DNA of 61,412 bases, filler included, from Sphacelaria rigidula (lineage: Eukaryota): NCBI GenBank assembly GCA_964200075.2. It is 9 parts of 9 records of this genome, joined end to end, with 100 filler letters (N's around TTAATTAATTAA, not from the genome) between each part and the next. Parts side by side here need not be neighbours in the genome. Positions count along the whole stretch, not along the records: positions 6,836 to 13,570 come from CAXNAA020018346.1; positions 13,671 to 20,405 come from CAXNAA020018347.1; positions 20,506 to 27,240 come from CAXNAA020018348.1; 6 more parts are not named here. One strand, written 5' to 3'. The notes under the pieces were generated by a model. It made no database searches. It saw only the letters and a program-made list of their open reading frames with translations, and was not told the origin of the DNA. A program made the position numbers and the translations under genes. Numbering within the stretch: position 1 is the first letter of the stretch; each line of letters starts with the position of its first letter. This document shows, in pieces, positions 10,537-23,420 of this stretch.

Positions 10537-13500
10537 TCAAGATGGTACATTGACGTCGTGTGTACGATCGATATTGCGCTAAAGGCCTCGGCGTAGGCCG
10601 TGTGACTTGAAGCGTTGTAGGCACCAGGAATCGCGGGGTGCGGAGGGGCTAGTCGTGTTTCAATCGGAGCGGAGCTTGAGCTGAACGGGCCCAGCGTCGT
10701 CGAGGAAACGCACGATGTACGTGTCGGCCGCGGGGGCATCGACGGAGTGGATCTGACCTAGCTACCAGAGGTAATCGCTGCCCTTATACCACAAATAGGC
10801 ACATTTAGGGAGCGGTTGTTGTTTTGCGCGAATCTTTTCGTCCCATTGTTTGGTGGGTACGAGTTCGTAACCATCGGCTACAAACCGTAATCCTTTGTCG
10901 CGGTGGAGTTCGCGGGCTGCAGCACCGCGTTTCATGTTGCGATATCCCTTGTTGTCGGCGAGCTGTTGCTGTGGGGATTGCGTCCAATAAAGAAGGATAG
11001 CACGACGGTGCCGTTGACGGTCGGACTCGCGTTCCCAAGACGCACGCCGAAGACCTTGCCAGTGTGTCTTGTACATAACAGCAATTTTGCCGCCAGGACC
11101 TCGAGTGATTTGGTGGCCGGAAATGTGGGACACGGTCAAGCGGAGAGGTTGTTCAGTCACGTCATCGGTGGTAACGTGGTATGGGGGAGATTTTGTCGAG
11201 TAGCTGTTGAGCACGTATTGAGCAAGACCTGAAGGCAGGTATTGAGGCATGTCAGTAGTGTCATGCGGGTTCGTGCAAGGCTTGCAACGATACACAGAGA
11301 CGCGAGATTTAGCGTCATGTCCCTGGAGGTCACGAGGTAAATCGAGGTAGAGGAGTTTGTCGCCAACAGGCTTGCCATCTGGGGACGTTGGCGAGGGTCC
11401 TACTATGAGAATCTTGAACGGACCCGTCCAATTAAGGGACAGTTTGGTCTTCAAGACTGTTGCCTGGGCAGTGCGGTCAGCGCCTTGACGAATGGTGGAT
11501 AAACTGTTGTAGATCCAGACCCAATCGTCGATTTTCCAAGTAGGGCGTTTGTGCATCAAGTTGTAGAGGGTGGGACTGGATCTTTCAAGGCGTGAGACGT
11601 TGATAGCGTGTTGTTCGCGCACCAAAGTGAAAGCCTTGCGCTGACGAGCCCTGGCGAGGTCGTGGTAGGACATCTGATCCTGTTCCAGACCTTGGTGACC
11701 ATCGAAGGTATGTCTTTCGAAAACGGTGATGGGCAGACGAGGGTAGTGTCCAAGATGTAGCTCGTTGGGCGGAAGGCCTGTAGCCGCGTTGACCGAATTG
11801 TTATAAGACAGCATGACATGCGAAAGATAAAGGTCCCAGTCATTCTGGCGGTCGTTTACGACCATGGAGAACATTTGAGCCATAGTGTGGTTCACACGTT
11901 CAGTTCCACCGTTACCGTTAGGGTGGTAGGCGCTCGTGGCAATTTTGCGAATGCCAAGGAGCTTGTACAAAGCATCCGAGAGTTCGGAGCAAAATTGTTG
12001 ACCATTGTCGGAGAAGAGCCGTTTCGGGCAGCCATAGTGCTTAATGTAAATCATGGACGAGAATGTTCGCTGTGCCGGCAGCAGTGAAATCGCTAGCAGT
12101 AACAGCGTACGTAGCCGCGTGACGGCTGAAGCGATCGGTGAAGAGCAGAATGTAGGTATGACCACGGTCAGCGGTGGGTAAAGAGTCGAAGTAGTCAAAC
12201 GAAACGAAGTGACCAGGAGCGTTTGGAAGCTCCATGGAAATCACCGGCCATCGTATAGTCTGTCGAGAGGTTTTGCGAGCCTGACATTTGAAATATCGTC
12301 GGATCCAAAAACGCGTGGATGCTTCCATGCCAATCCACCAATAAAAACGTTCGAGGAGCGCAAACGTGCGTGTGACGCCTAAGTGGCAGGACAATTCAGA
12401 GTGATAGCCCTTCATGACCCACGGACGCATCATGATAGGGACATAGATGCGGATAGGGGCGTCATGACGCATATGTGCCGGAGTGGCAGTTCGTGCTCAA
12501 ATGGGAGTTGGGTCGGCGAACAAGCAAACGGACGTCGTCGTCAGTCGCGAAGATAGTACCTTTGCGTGCAAGCTCGAGCACGTCAGAGGCGATGGGGGCG
12601 GGTAGAGTGCCCACGGGAGTCAGGATCTCAGCCGGGAAAGGGACGGGGCAGTTAAGTCGTAAGTACCGCATTGTCGCGCGACAAAGCGGTTCCTGTTGTT
12701 GGTCGCGAGCCCAATCGCGGTGAGAGAAGCTAGCGAGAAAGTCTCGAAGTTGTCCTTCAGCCGGAGAGCCAGCCAAACATGGTGGCTCAGGAGGGGGTGG
12801 CACAGGTGAGGAAGCAGAGGTGCTGACGTCAAAATTTTGGTCCGGAAGCGGATCTGACGCATGCGGATCGCGAGTCGGAGGCGCAGGTGCAGGGAGATTC
12901 CCAGAAGGCTGCGTGGGGGTAGCGCAAACTGGTGAACGTGATCGGCGCGTTGGGCGCGCAAGGAGCGCGGACTTTGTCGGTACAACAGTGGGCGGGCGGC
13001 CGGTTGCGGTAGGTGTTGTACGGCTCGTGGGGGCACGAGGCGGCGGCGGCGGCGACGCATTGCTAGAATCGGCCGACGGCGGCGGTGGTATCACGGCACG
13101 TGAAGAATTTGCACGAGCTCCCGACCAAGAACGCGTGTTGTCGGAGATGAGGTGAGCGGTTGGTGGTGGCGGCGCCGAGACGTTCGCGCGAGGGCCGAAA
13201 GTGCGGAAGTCGGCAAAGTCAGTAGCTTTGGGCGCTAAGCCATCCAAAACTGTATCAGGGGGCAGAGGGCGGGGGCCCCCCATGTGCAGACCTGTTTCAG
13301 GGCATTGCAGGCTAAGCGCGTAGATGGGCTTAGAAAAACGCCGAATGGGGTAGACGCCTGGTTCATCAGGTTCAGTCAAGCGGCAGGCGGGACTGAAATC
13401 TACCGCTGTAGGGGGCAGAGGCAATCGCGAAAGAAGTCAGCATTGCCGTTGGTTCTGCCCGGACGGTGTTTAACAGTGTACTGGTAAGCAGTCAAGAACT

Positions 13501-13570
13501 CCAGCCACCGTTGTACGCGGGGGTTATGTTCTCCAACCTTAGCGAGTTGTTCAAGAGCTCCGTGATCTGT
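10537..13570 (-). pseudogene. pol: Gypsy pol, 3' half: RNase H end, Pro-rich linker, integrase (HHCC, DDE), chromo-like and Tudor-like C-terminus
   Basis: YQYTVKHRPGRTNGNADF; GYHSELSCHLGVTRT...KCQARK; FDYF...DRFSR; SDNGQQF; AYHPNGNGGTERVN; WTGPFKI; ISGHQ...YKTHWQG...SWERE. Reading continues past the stop at 10762 to 10537. Confidence 0.93.
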
Positions 13571-13670
13571 NNNNNNNNNNNNNNNNNNNNNNNNNNNNNN
13601 NNNNNNNNNNNNNNTTAATTAATTAANNNNNNNNNNNNNNNNNNNNNNNNNNNNNNNNNNNNNNNNNNNN

Positions 13671-14040
13671 TGTATGAGATTTTTGAGTTTTTCTTCTATT
13701 CTTTTTACATGTGTTCCTTCGATTATCCCGGGACGCGTCATTTTTTTTTTTTTGAGGCGTTCTGTGCCGCCTTCCGAGGGTCTTCACACTGGGACTCCCG
13801 GAAGCCGGTAGAGAACGGAGAAACTATGAAATATTGTCAAGAATACCATTTTCCCATTTGGAGCATCAGTACATACGGAACTGCTAAGTTTGAGGACGAT
13901 CTGAGCTTTTCTTCAACAGATACAGGGGACACCGTCACGAGGCTCCCTGGGTCTTTCGTGCGTGTCATTCGTGGAAACTAGACGACGCCAACACCCAACA
14001 TCACCGAAACATCACGGTTTCGGGTAGAACTCGACCTCCG
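13671..14040 (+). repeat. Dispersed repeat family C (related to 40300-40630)
   Basis: ccgggacgcgtcattttt..gaggcgttc..agggtcttcac..ttttcccatttggagcatca aligns with cgggacgacgacttctttt..gaggcattc..ggggtcttcac..ttttcccatttagaccatca. Confidence 0.6.
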
Positions 14041-14349
14041 TAGGAACCGTTTTCAAATATCTTCTTTTCGTTAGATTCCCGAGCCGATGACGGCTACTAC
14101 GCTTTGAAGCATGTGGAAATTGGGTCAAAATTGGGCTTGGAATTTGTGATTTCGATCTCGGAACAATTTGACGGGTGCTGATTGGTCAATGTACCTTTTC
14201 GCCCTTAGCGCTACTTCTATGGCCTTACACACAAATCCGGCTATGTCACGCTCTTCAGCTGTCTATGGCGGTCAGTATGACATCATATATGTAACTGTTG
14301 GGTAGGTATTACGAAAGGCATTATTTGCTGATGACACAATTTTGGGTGA

Positions 14350-15375
14350 TGAGCATGAACCAGCCTGTAGCTCTGTTTGAGCGTGGCTTCCTACTGGATT
14401 ATGAGAGCTGCATGAGCTGCACACGTTTGGCTGGAGGGTGGGCCACGGGCCTAGCTCATCCACGCATGTTTGCCCTGAGTGACCTACCGGATGTAGCACA
14501 TCCGCGCACGTTTCTGCACACGTGTGGGAGCTACACATGATTTGTCAAGGATGAGCGCTACGCGAGAGGAGCTCGTTCCGTTCCGATTCTCGTGGACGTT
14601 CATGTACAAGAACCGGGGCTACATTTTGTTGTTCCGAACATCTCGCGGTGTCACACATCTGTGTTCTGTGTTGTGGGTACGCGGACTTGCTTTGGAACAT
14701 CCACGGCTCTCCCCCCTCTAGCCACCACACACACACAACCTCTCTGCATGGCGACCGTCGGGGGTGGTGATTTATCACACATTAATCTCTAGAGTCCTTT
14801 CCCTTCTCCACCGCTCGATCTGTTCTGTCAAAAAAAGGTTTGAAAAAAATCTAGTGGAATGATGAACACAAGACGCCCAATATGTTTTTGCTTTGAACGC
14901 ATTACATGGCCAATTACCGAACATGATATTATTTTCAACGATTCAAGCGAGCGAACGGGGGGTTGATACTTGACTTTTTTTTCATCTCACCGCAAAACAA
15001 GGCAGAACGGGAAGATCTATGGATATGTCGAGCCACGCATTCGCATGTGCATACCACATCATGAGTGGCACGGGTTCCGCCAGCGGCGAGCTAGACGCAC
15101 TGCACGAGTGAGCTATAAATATGTTTCCCCGGGGTGGGCTATCGCGCGTTGCTCATCCGCGCATGTTTTCCCGGGGCGAGCTACGCCATTCGTACATATT
15201 CGCCCTGAGTGAGCTATCGATAGTAGCTCATACGTACATGTTCGCGCGGGCTGAGCTATGCACATGAGATGAGCTACGCATGTTTGGGTGCAAGGTGGGT
15301 TACGGGGGTAGTTCATCCCCACATGTTTGACCTCAAGGTGAGCCACGACCGGAGGATGACCAAGTCCATGAGCTG
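14350..15375. repeat. Two clusters of degenerate short repeats (GAGCT..ACGCATGTTT), probably subterminal arrays of a non-autonomous DNA transposon
   Basis: Recurrent gagctac/gagcta..cacatgttt/gcatgttt motifs at ~14350-14580 and ~15085-15375. Confidence 0.45.
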
Positions 15376-15866
15376 TCTATCCCATGTGTGGATATTTTGT
15401 ATCATGCCACTGAGGGGAGTTTAGCCCACTTTTTCGATTCACTCGGTTCCGAGGTTTCGAGGATGGCCTCCAAACAAAAACCCATCTAGACATAAAAACA
15501 ACGCGGAGGGGGTGGGGTGTACGAACGGGGCCAGCTGACAGTGATTCTTGTCGATAATGGGTTGAGGCGGCGCACAATTTGAGTAGTTAGGCGCTGAAAT
15601 TTTGACATGACATTTTCATCGTCAACACGCGCAACATTTTTCGGGATACCAAGAAAAAAAACAAAGGAAGAGAAAGTTAGAGCGCTTTGAAATTTCGGCA
15701 AAAAATGGAAAAATGTCACAACTCCATGAAAAATAAACGGCGGCGTCCCCAGAAATGTTGTACGTACTTGCGAGCAGGAGATTCAGGTAAAATTTCGGCC
15801 AAGATATCCTAAATTTGGGCGAAGCGTGGCACATTTTGTGTGACACCGCTGCGCTCCGGTTGTCCA

Positions 15867-15997
15867 CCTGATACAGGAGCCTCCAATTACACAGGCATAT
15901 CATCGCTGTAGACATATCATTGGCGCTCGAGCCTGATACAGGAGCCTCCAATTACACAGGCATATCATCGCTGTAGGCATATCATTGGCGCTCGAGC
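15867..15997 (+). repeat. 65-bp tandem duplication
   Basis: cctgatacaggagcctccaattacacaggcatatcatcgctgtag(a/g)catatcattggcgctcgag occurs twice. Confidence 0.9.
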
Positions 15998-17509
15998 CAG
16001 ATCCATTTTCTGCACCTTGCTGCGCTGAATTACACGGTGCTGTCTGGATTGTACTTTGCGGCTGTGATGAAGACACGCCGAGGGCAAGGAGCAACACAGG
16101 AGACAATATCTGCAATCTGTGCGGTACCATCACTCGGACATCGTGGGAGATTCGATGGCAAATCACTCGAAGATACTTCGCTCAGGATCCTGGACCCAAC
16201 CATGTTGACGATGATCACTGCCTCTACTTCTCCTGCACTGCACTCTCCTGAGTATCGGAAATAGAACACAAAATAACTGCACTACGCTATGAGACACTCT
16301 GGGAATGCAGAAATGAGGGAAGAGTTGATTTCTTCGTGTGCACAAAACTCAGTTTTCGTGACGACACAGCTACAACTTCGTAGGCACCATAATGTTATGT
16401 ATTGACTCCCCCTACTGTTGTGTTTAAACCGTGCATGACGAGGTATAACACCCCCCAGTTTAACGCAAAGTTGTCGGGTAAGCTCGACTCTCAATAACAC
16501 TGCGGCTATGTCATGGGTCACGTCGCTTGCATTTTCATCACTAGAAAAATGAAAGTGGTGCCTCTATGAATAAATAGGGGGTATCTCATGCGTACATCGC
16601 CTTCAATTCACATGAATGTCAAGGTTCTGAAAACTCCGCTACCGGCCGTCACCTTTCACGGTACTTCACCTAACCGTCAAAATGGTCTAGGACAGTCAGA
16701 AGTCCCGGTTTCTGCAGAAACACACGCTCACCTCCAGACGTTGCACCAGCGACAATATTATGCATATATCCAGGCACAACTGACGCCAATACGTTTTGCG
16801 GCGGTGCTCTCGTTGGCTCATGGTTAGCCTCACCATCAGGCATGCTATCTTGTTGTACGTTGCGAGAGTACAGGGAGGCACTACACATGTTTTTCGTTAA
16901 AACATTGGGGGTAGATCTTGGTCTAGTCCCGTTGGTCAGCGAGTGAATCGTCCCACATTCACCTTCGTGTCACGTGTAGAAGAAAAAAAATGACGAGCGT
17001 CGCGATGGGCTGCTGGAGTGCTGAACCAATCCGCAGAGCCAAACGATTAGAAAATTGATGGGGGAGAGATGGATTGATCCTTCTAGACTTCGGCCTCGTC
17101 CCGAGGAAGGGTGATCTTATACTCGTAGGGATAAAAAGTGTGATGAGCACACAACGACCTCCGCCATCATCTATGCGGTTCCTCGCAATGTATTGATCAT
17201 TTTTCTTCCTAGAGACGATCTTTTGTTCCAGAACAATGAAGAAACTGGAAATCCAACAGTGACAGGCTCTGGACATTTGAGCAACGGAGCTTACACGCTG
17301 GGCCGAGTTGGCGTGTGTCTATAGAATGTACACAGGCAGGTAGGTGGTTGTCGCATATAGCGTTAGCTCAGTACAGAGTTGCTGTTTCACCCTCTCCTTG
17401 TTACAGGTTGGACGGACGCTGTGTGTGTGGCTCAGGTCTAGTTCAATCGATATCTTGCTCTTGTCGCAGCCAAAAGTATACCCCCAATATCTTACGGGCC
17501 GACTGGCAG

Positions 17510-20166
17510 ATGGATCAAGGTCCTCTCCCCGCCCATGGTGCAAATAACCTGAAGGAGAAAAACAGCGGTGGCGGTGTTGTCAGGCGTTTCACCTCCCGAG
17601 CGCGACAGCTACCAAGACGAAGACGTAGCGGAACTCCGTCCCAGAGAGACGTGCCGCCAGCACCGACAACGTCAATCACAGTACCTACTACCAAGCGCGG
17701 GAACACCCCGCCGGACGGATCCTTGCTGGCTTCCGCTGCCATTGCTGCTGTTTTGTCCAACTCTCGCAACCCCGGCAAGGTCATCTCTGCCAAGGAGGGA
17801 ATCACAAGAGGGGAAGGTGGCGGTGTGAAAAAGATGATAAATAACAGCCAAGTGACCGCGGCGGCTGCGGCGGCGGCCCCTATCTCGTCAGTTGGAGCTT
17901 CTTCGCGTACAAGTTCATGGAAGCAGAATACGTCCGCGGTGGAGCAGGATTTGCCCGTGGATACGGATTCGACGAGTCCGCCGGTAGATGAGCAGCAGAA
18001 CAGCAGTAGCAGAGGGCAGGAGAGAGTTCAAAAGAGCGATCAAGGCAAGAACGCTGACGCACTAGACGCCCCGATAGTAGAGCAGGACAAGGGCGCGCCA
18101 TTGACGACTACAGCTACAGACAGCAGCTGCAGCCTACAGTGTGCATCTCAGCGTACATCAACTTTTGACCACGAGAACGTAAACCGGGCGGGGCAACCCT
18201 TTGCGGCAAAAAGCAAAGGAGTTGACGGCAGCAAGGGGCATAGCCTGTCCATCAACGCCAACAACATCAAAAGCAACGATCGTCGAGTCCACTTCCCAGA
18301 CGCTGCTGCGCATTCTACGCAATCTTCATCAGGAGACACCCAAGCAGGCGATCGTCACCACAGCTCGAATTCACCCAACCAACACTTTGGTCACGTACAC
18401 GGGAAGACAACTCAAAAAAGCACTGATCGGGTCCGGGATGATGTTGGTACCGATTCCGATAATCATAATTTGCTCAACAAATCAATAACTGGTGCATCAA
18501 ACGGCACTCCAATGCCCACCAGTAAGGACAAGGGAGTGGCGCCGGCACCGACAATAGACCGAGGTTTTCCCTCTCGCCCCGCTGCCGCGTCTGGAGTACC
18601 TGAGAGCGCAGCTACTCCTCTCGACAACCTCGAGGCTGGCACTACTGGCAGCTGCAAAATCAACAGTCAGTCATCTGATTTTACGTCTGTGGCTACCAAT
18701 AGCATTGAATCAAGCAAGCGACCAAAGAAAGGAAAGAAGCAGCAGCCCAACAAAAGCAACAGTAGTCGCCAACAGCAACACCGACCTATTTCCACCTCAA
18801 CTGTATGCCAACCCACATCCGCGCCCCCGACTGGCACGGTCACGCCGAGACCACAAAAGACACCACCCCCGCGAACATGTTCTCGTTCTCATGATCACAG
18901 CGTTCGAGGGCGCAGAGTCGAAAAAGCGTATAAACAACCATCTCCTCAGGAAGGAGGAACTGAGGTAATTGAAGACACGGATCCGCAAGGGCAACCGTTT
19001 TTTGCTAAGGGAACAGCGGACGCACCGAGCGATCGGAGCCAAACGATCCTCACCATACCGACAGCTATAATGCTGCCATATCCCCCTGTTACTGCGTCCG
19101 TATATTACTCTGCAGAGCAGCATGCTGTTGGTATTGCAGCGCCCAATGAGCGTGATATCCTCGATCACCAGCCGCATTTACACCGCCGTTCTGCAGTTTT
19201 GCGGGCAGATGCCGCTCCCTTCGAGCTACCTCTTTCCGAACAGAAAGCGATACCACCAAGAGTCAACGAGGGCGGGCCCGTTCGCTACGACTCTACAGAC
19301 GGCGCAAGCGTGGATGCAGACACCGTCAACACCGTGGGTTTTTCTAGGGGAGATCGGGAACAGCGATGCGGGACCGAGAGCGCGAAGACTTGTGATCGTC
19401 AGCTTCGCGAAAAGGATGGTTCGACGATGACCGGGAACGGCGGTGGTCATACCGACTATAACGATACTGGTACGACAAGAAATGGCATAGTCGGCCCTTC
19501 CGTTGTTGGAGAGCAGCACAAACCTGTGGGGGTGGTGAGCAGAAAGTCGTCGTCGGGTCAGGAACGGTCAGAGCGACGCCCCGAGGATATCGAATGCGAA
19601 AAACAGCAGGAAATGACATCGGCGAAGCATCAGTGTCGGCAAGGACAGCGACAACGCCCCAACCACAAGACTTCTACCTTTACTCCGCGGACAACTAATA
19701 AGCAGCACAAACGGGTCAACGAGAAGGCGCGACATAACCTCCAGGACAGCAGTCCTTCGGTACGCTCTTCTCCTCACCAACAATCAACAACCAATGCATC
19801 GTCTGAGACTAGCGCTCGTACGGCAACGGCGGCGAACAACGAGCTCGTGTCAGCTGTAAACGCCGCCGCCACCACCACCGACACAAGTAGTGTCAGTATT
19901 TGCAAAAATGACGGTGGTAGTCCACTCCATGATGTGGTGCATCTGGCTGCTGACTCTCTAGCACAATGGGCAGTAGGTGAAGGCAGAAATAAATGCGCGG
20001 GAGATGAGTGCCTCGAGATGCTCCGGGACATCAGACAGAGCTCTGGGGCGCTCAGTGTCGATCTGCGAGTCGAGAGCAGCAGAGGAGGCAAGCATAGCAA
20101 AGACGGAAAGGGTAGCAGTGACAATGATGGTGGTGATGACGATGATGGTGTGGAAAGCACCACAAG
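17510..20166 (+). CDS. Very large exon of a low-complexity, probably disordered protein (S/T/Q/G-rich) with a PAM2-like motif; partial gene
   Basis: Open frame of ~885 codons from ATG 17510 (or the acceptor ggcag| at the same site). Ends at the donor AG|GTAAGG at 20166. Contains SAVLRADAAPFELP. Confidence 0.75.
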
Positions 20167-20328
20167 GTAAGGACATTATTAGTACGACAAGGTTAGGGAA
20201 ACCTTTGTGTAAAACCTTTGTTTCTATTCAACTCACTTCCGATTCTGTCGGCGGTATTCATTTTACTGAAGAAATCGGGCCCAATCTCTGAACTCAAGCG
20301 CCTGACACAACCTGCTCGAAAAACCATC

Positions 20329-20361
<33 letters not shown>

Positions 20362-21209
20362 CCCGCAACCCAATTCTTCCCTGCATTCCGAGCAACCGAG
20401 CTATANNNNNNNNNNNNNNNNNNNNNNNNNNNNNNNNNNNNNNNNNNNNTTAATTAATTAANNNNNNNNNNNNNNNNNNNNNNNNNNNNNNNNNNNNNNN
20501 NNNNNGGAGCGCCCATCTCGTAAAATGTCCCCCGTCTAGTATTTTTTTCCCGAGAATCTCGTTAAATAACCAACCGTAAGTATCCATCTTGTATTTTTTC
20601 CTCGTTATTTGCAAATAACGAGGGGAAAAAACCAACCGCAAGAAACGACCTTATGCCCGTGAATGGGGCTCGAATTTGGGTACTCTATATCGGGAAAGTG
20701 GACCAACCAACTGAACAGTCAGTTAAACGCAGAAGAAATGAAACCTAGATGAGCCAATCGCCAGCAATCACAAGTACACGCGTCACTCGAAATGACGAGG
20801 ACGCTCATACAACATGCACTATTACTACAGTACATTTTAGAACAAACCGGTGACTGACGTTGCTGTACACCTGTAGACAGGGTTACGACAAAAGGAGGAC
20901 AGAAACTGCTGCTCTTGTTGTTGTGCCCCTCTTGCTGCAGTATGTTGCTGTGCCTATCTTTCAACGCAGTTCTCTCGGCAACGAACCAGAGGATTGGATT
21001 GCGGTTTAATGCGCGCGCTTTCCACACACCAGAACTAGTCAGTGTGGCGACGGAATTCCGTAACACGTGCTGCAGAGGCCGCAGCAGTCTGCAACCCGCG
21101 GCATCAAACACAAAGTGTACTTACAAACGCCTTTCCTCTAACGTTCTGGGGCTTTTCGGATCCGTTGTGGCGAATTGAGCAACCCCGCAGCCACACTGAC
21201 TAGGGGCCG

Positions 21210-21818
21210 TGTGTGTGCGGGGGACTGTGAAGTGCCACAGGCCGGTTTGCTTCCTGTCTCGAGGAAAAACTACAGCTATTACATACTAGACCTAGGTAAC
21301 TTGGGATAGAGCGTGTGTTCTATTCGGCAGAGGTTCGGCAGAGGTTCGACACAGGTCTGACCAACCCATGACGTCTTCATTGTTCCCTATTATTCTTCCG
21401 CCTTTCTTTATTATTGTTTATTGACCACGGATTTCTGCTCGCTAGGGCGTTTATTCACGGGCATATGTGAGGAGGGCGTATCGCTACAGTATTCAGAGAC
21501 CTACGGGGGGACACTGCCGTCCTGATGCCGAAGGAACTCCGAGGCTGGCGATGGTTTCCTCTTGTATATGTAGGCAAGAAGTGGGGTCAGACTAGGAGAG
21601 TGGTCCACGTGGGCGACCAGGGCCTCGGGGGATGTTGGACCGTCCTATATTAGGCTCTTCCTAGCATCACCCCGAATCATCCAGTTACGTCGGCATTATG
21701 AGGTCCTCGGTGATCTGGTCCTTCCGGAACGTTCCCACCTTGTCCCTGCTTGCGCTGGGTCTGCATACATGTGTGGCACCAGTCTCTGATATGTCACTGC
21801 AAAGAGATATCTCCCACA
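21210..21818 (-). repeat. Putative 3' LTR of a second Gypsy element
   Basis: Minus-strand PPT GGGGGGGGATA (21829-21819) is directly followed by TGTGGGAG, and it lies downstream of a decayed integrase. The end near 21210 (...CACACA) is approximate. Confidence 0.55.
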
Positions 21819-22084
21819 TATCCCCCCCCTTTATGCGCCTCTAGCCCATCGAGGCTATGGCTGGTGGGACGAGGCGATCATCAGCTTCGGCGATGATTTA
21901 ATCATGGAGGTTTCTTTGAGGGACAATCATTGATTGAGTCACGCCACCACTAATCGCAAAGGTAGCCCTTCTCTATATTGTGGTATTGAGTGAACACCCC
22001 CAGAAAAGTTCAGCTACATTTGGTCAGTACCAGTGCATGTGTTCGAAATCCTCTATTTTTTTTCTTCTGTCGTGCAGCTGTCAT

Positions 22085-22900
22085 GTGTGACATGTTTCCA
22101 TCAGAAGTATTTGCACTTGGGTGCTAGTTGCATCTGCTGGTATGCATAACTGGGCACTGGAACACTGATCGGTCCACAGGCGCCTGGGGTATTCCTGCCC
22201 GGGTTTGGGATGCCTTCGGTTCCGCCGACACCTAAGTAGGGTCAAGTCTCGGGTTAGAAACAAGGCGGTGTTGAAGATACATACATATATTTTGTTTTTC
22301 ACCTGGGAGCATCGTGCTGTTTTGGCTAAACACCGTCAAAACGACCTTCGCTTCTTGTATTGTGTCAAATAGATGCATCGTGAGTGACACATTTGTTATG
22401 GGATGCTTTTTGCACTTTGGTGCAGGCTGCATCAGTTAGGTATACCTGACTAGGCACTGGGACACGGACCCGGTCCACGGGCGCTTGGGGCATTCCTGCC
22501 TGGGTTCTGGGATACCTTTGGTTCCACTGACACCGGAGTACAGGACAAAGTCCTCGCGTTAGTACCAAAGCGGTGGGTCTGATGTTCATCGTGCGAGCAT
22601 TGTGCTTTTTGGTGAAACATCGACATGTTCTTCGCTTCGTATCATTTTGTGGCATATACGCGTGTCCCATGTGATAATCCACAAGATGCGGTGCACTTTG
22701 GTGCTGGATGCACCTGCTGTTTCTACATGCCTGGGCACTGGGACACTGATCGGTCCACGGGCGCCTGGGTTTTTCGTGTCCGGGTTCTGGGATTCCTTCG
22801 GTTCCGCTGACACCGAAATAGTACAGCGTCTTCGTGTTAGTAACAAAGCGGCGAATACGATGTTTTCGGCCTGTGAGCATCGTGCTTTTTTTGTCTTGAC
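22085..22900. repeat. Three ~290-bp tandem units in the retrotransposon 3' UTR
   Basis: ggcactgg(a/g)acac..cggtccac(a/g)ggcgc..gggtt..ggat.cct.cggttcc.c.gacacc recurs at ~22153, ~22453 and ~22733. Confidence 0.85.
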
Positions 22901-23059
22901 ATCGTCAAAATTATCAGCACCACCCCTATTGCTGAGAGGCTATCTTCCTTGGGAAGTTGCACTCCGGTCACCGTTGACATGTCAGATATGTTTCCGTTCG
23001 TGTCTGCATTGTTCTGGCATTTATTATTTTCATTTTCGTTTTCTACTCTTCTGACTCTC

Positions 23060-23420
23060 CTTGATCTCCGAACTGTGACCCCGGGCTACTGCTCAACCCT
23101 CGAGCGTGTTGCTAGTACGCTCGAACAGTCTGTTGAACAGTCACATCCGTTTCCGTTACCCGGTATTTTGGGGTTTCGACTCCGGATGTGAGCGCTTTGC
23201 TAACCCGTTGTCATGACGGTATATATCGCGGTGGTGCCTACCTTGTGTTGTTTCGTCAGCTCGATAGCTTAAGTCAACTGTTGAGTAGTAGCTTCTGAGT
23301 CTCATTGATCTCCGAATTTTGATATCAGGTTACTGCTCAATCTTTGAGCGTTTTGCTTGGACGCTCAAAAAGTCTGCTGAACAGTCACATCCGTTTCTGT
23401 GTCCTTGTAGTTGTGGATTC
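23060..23420. repeat. Local duplication of the integrase C-terminal region
   Basis: ttgatctccgaa...tactgctcaa...tgaacagtcacatccgtttc occurs at ~23061-23152 and ~23305-23398. Confidence 0.75.

Larger units (their letters stand above)
6836..13570 (-). mobile_element. Ty3/Gypsy (chromovirus-like) LTR retrotransposon unit, circularly permuted and degenerate
   Basis: Contains PR, RT, RNase H, integrase and one putative LTR. Both contig ends share CGTGATCTGT and join seamlessly inside RNase H (IYTDH|GALEQLAKVGEHNPRVQRWLEFL). Confidence 0.95.

Noticed and set aside
14257..15380. Mutator element defined by the 10-bp direct repeat AGCTGTCTAT
   Set aside because: No terminal inverted repeats lie inside the direct repeats, and AGCT motifs are locally abundant.
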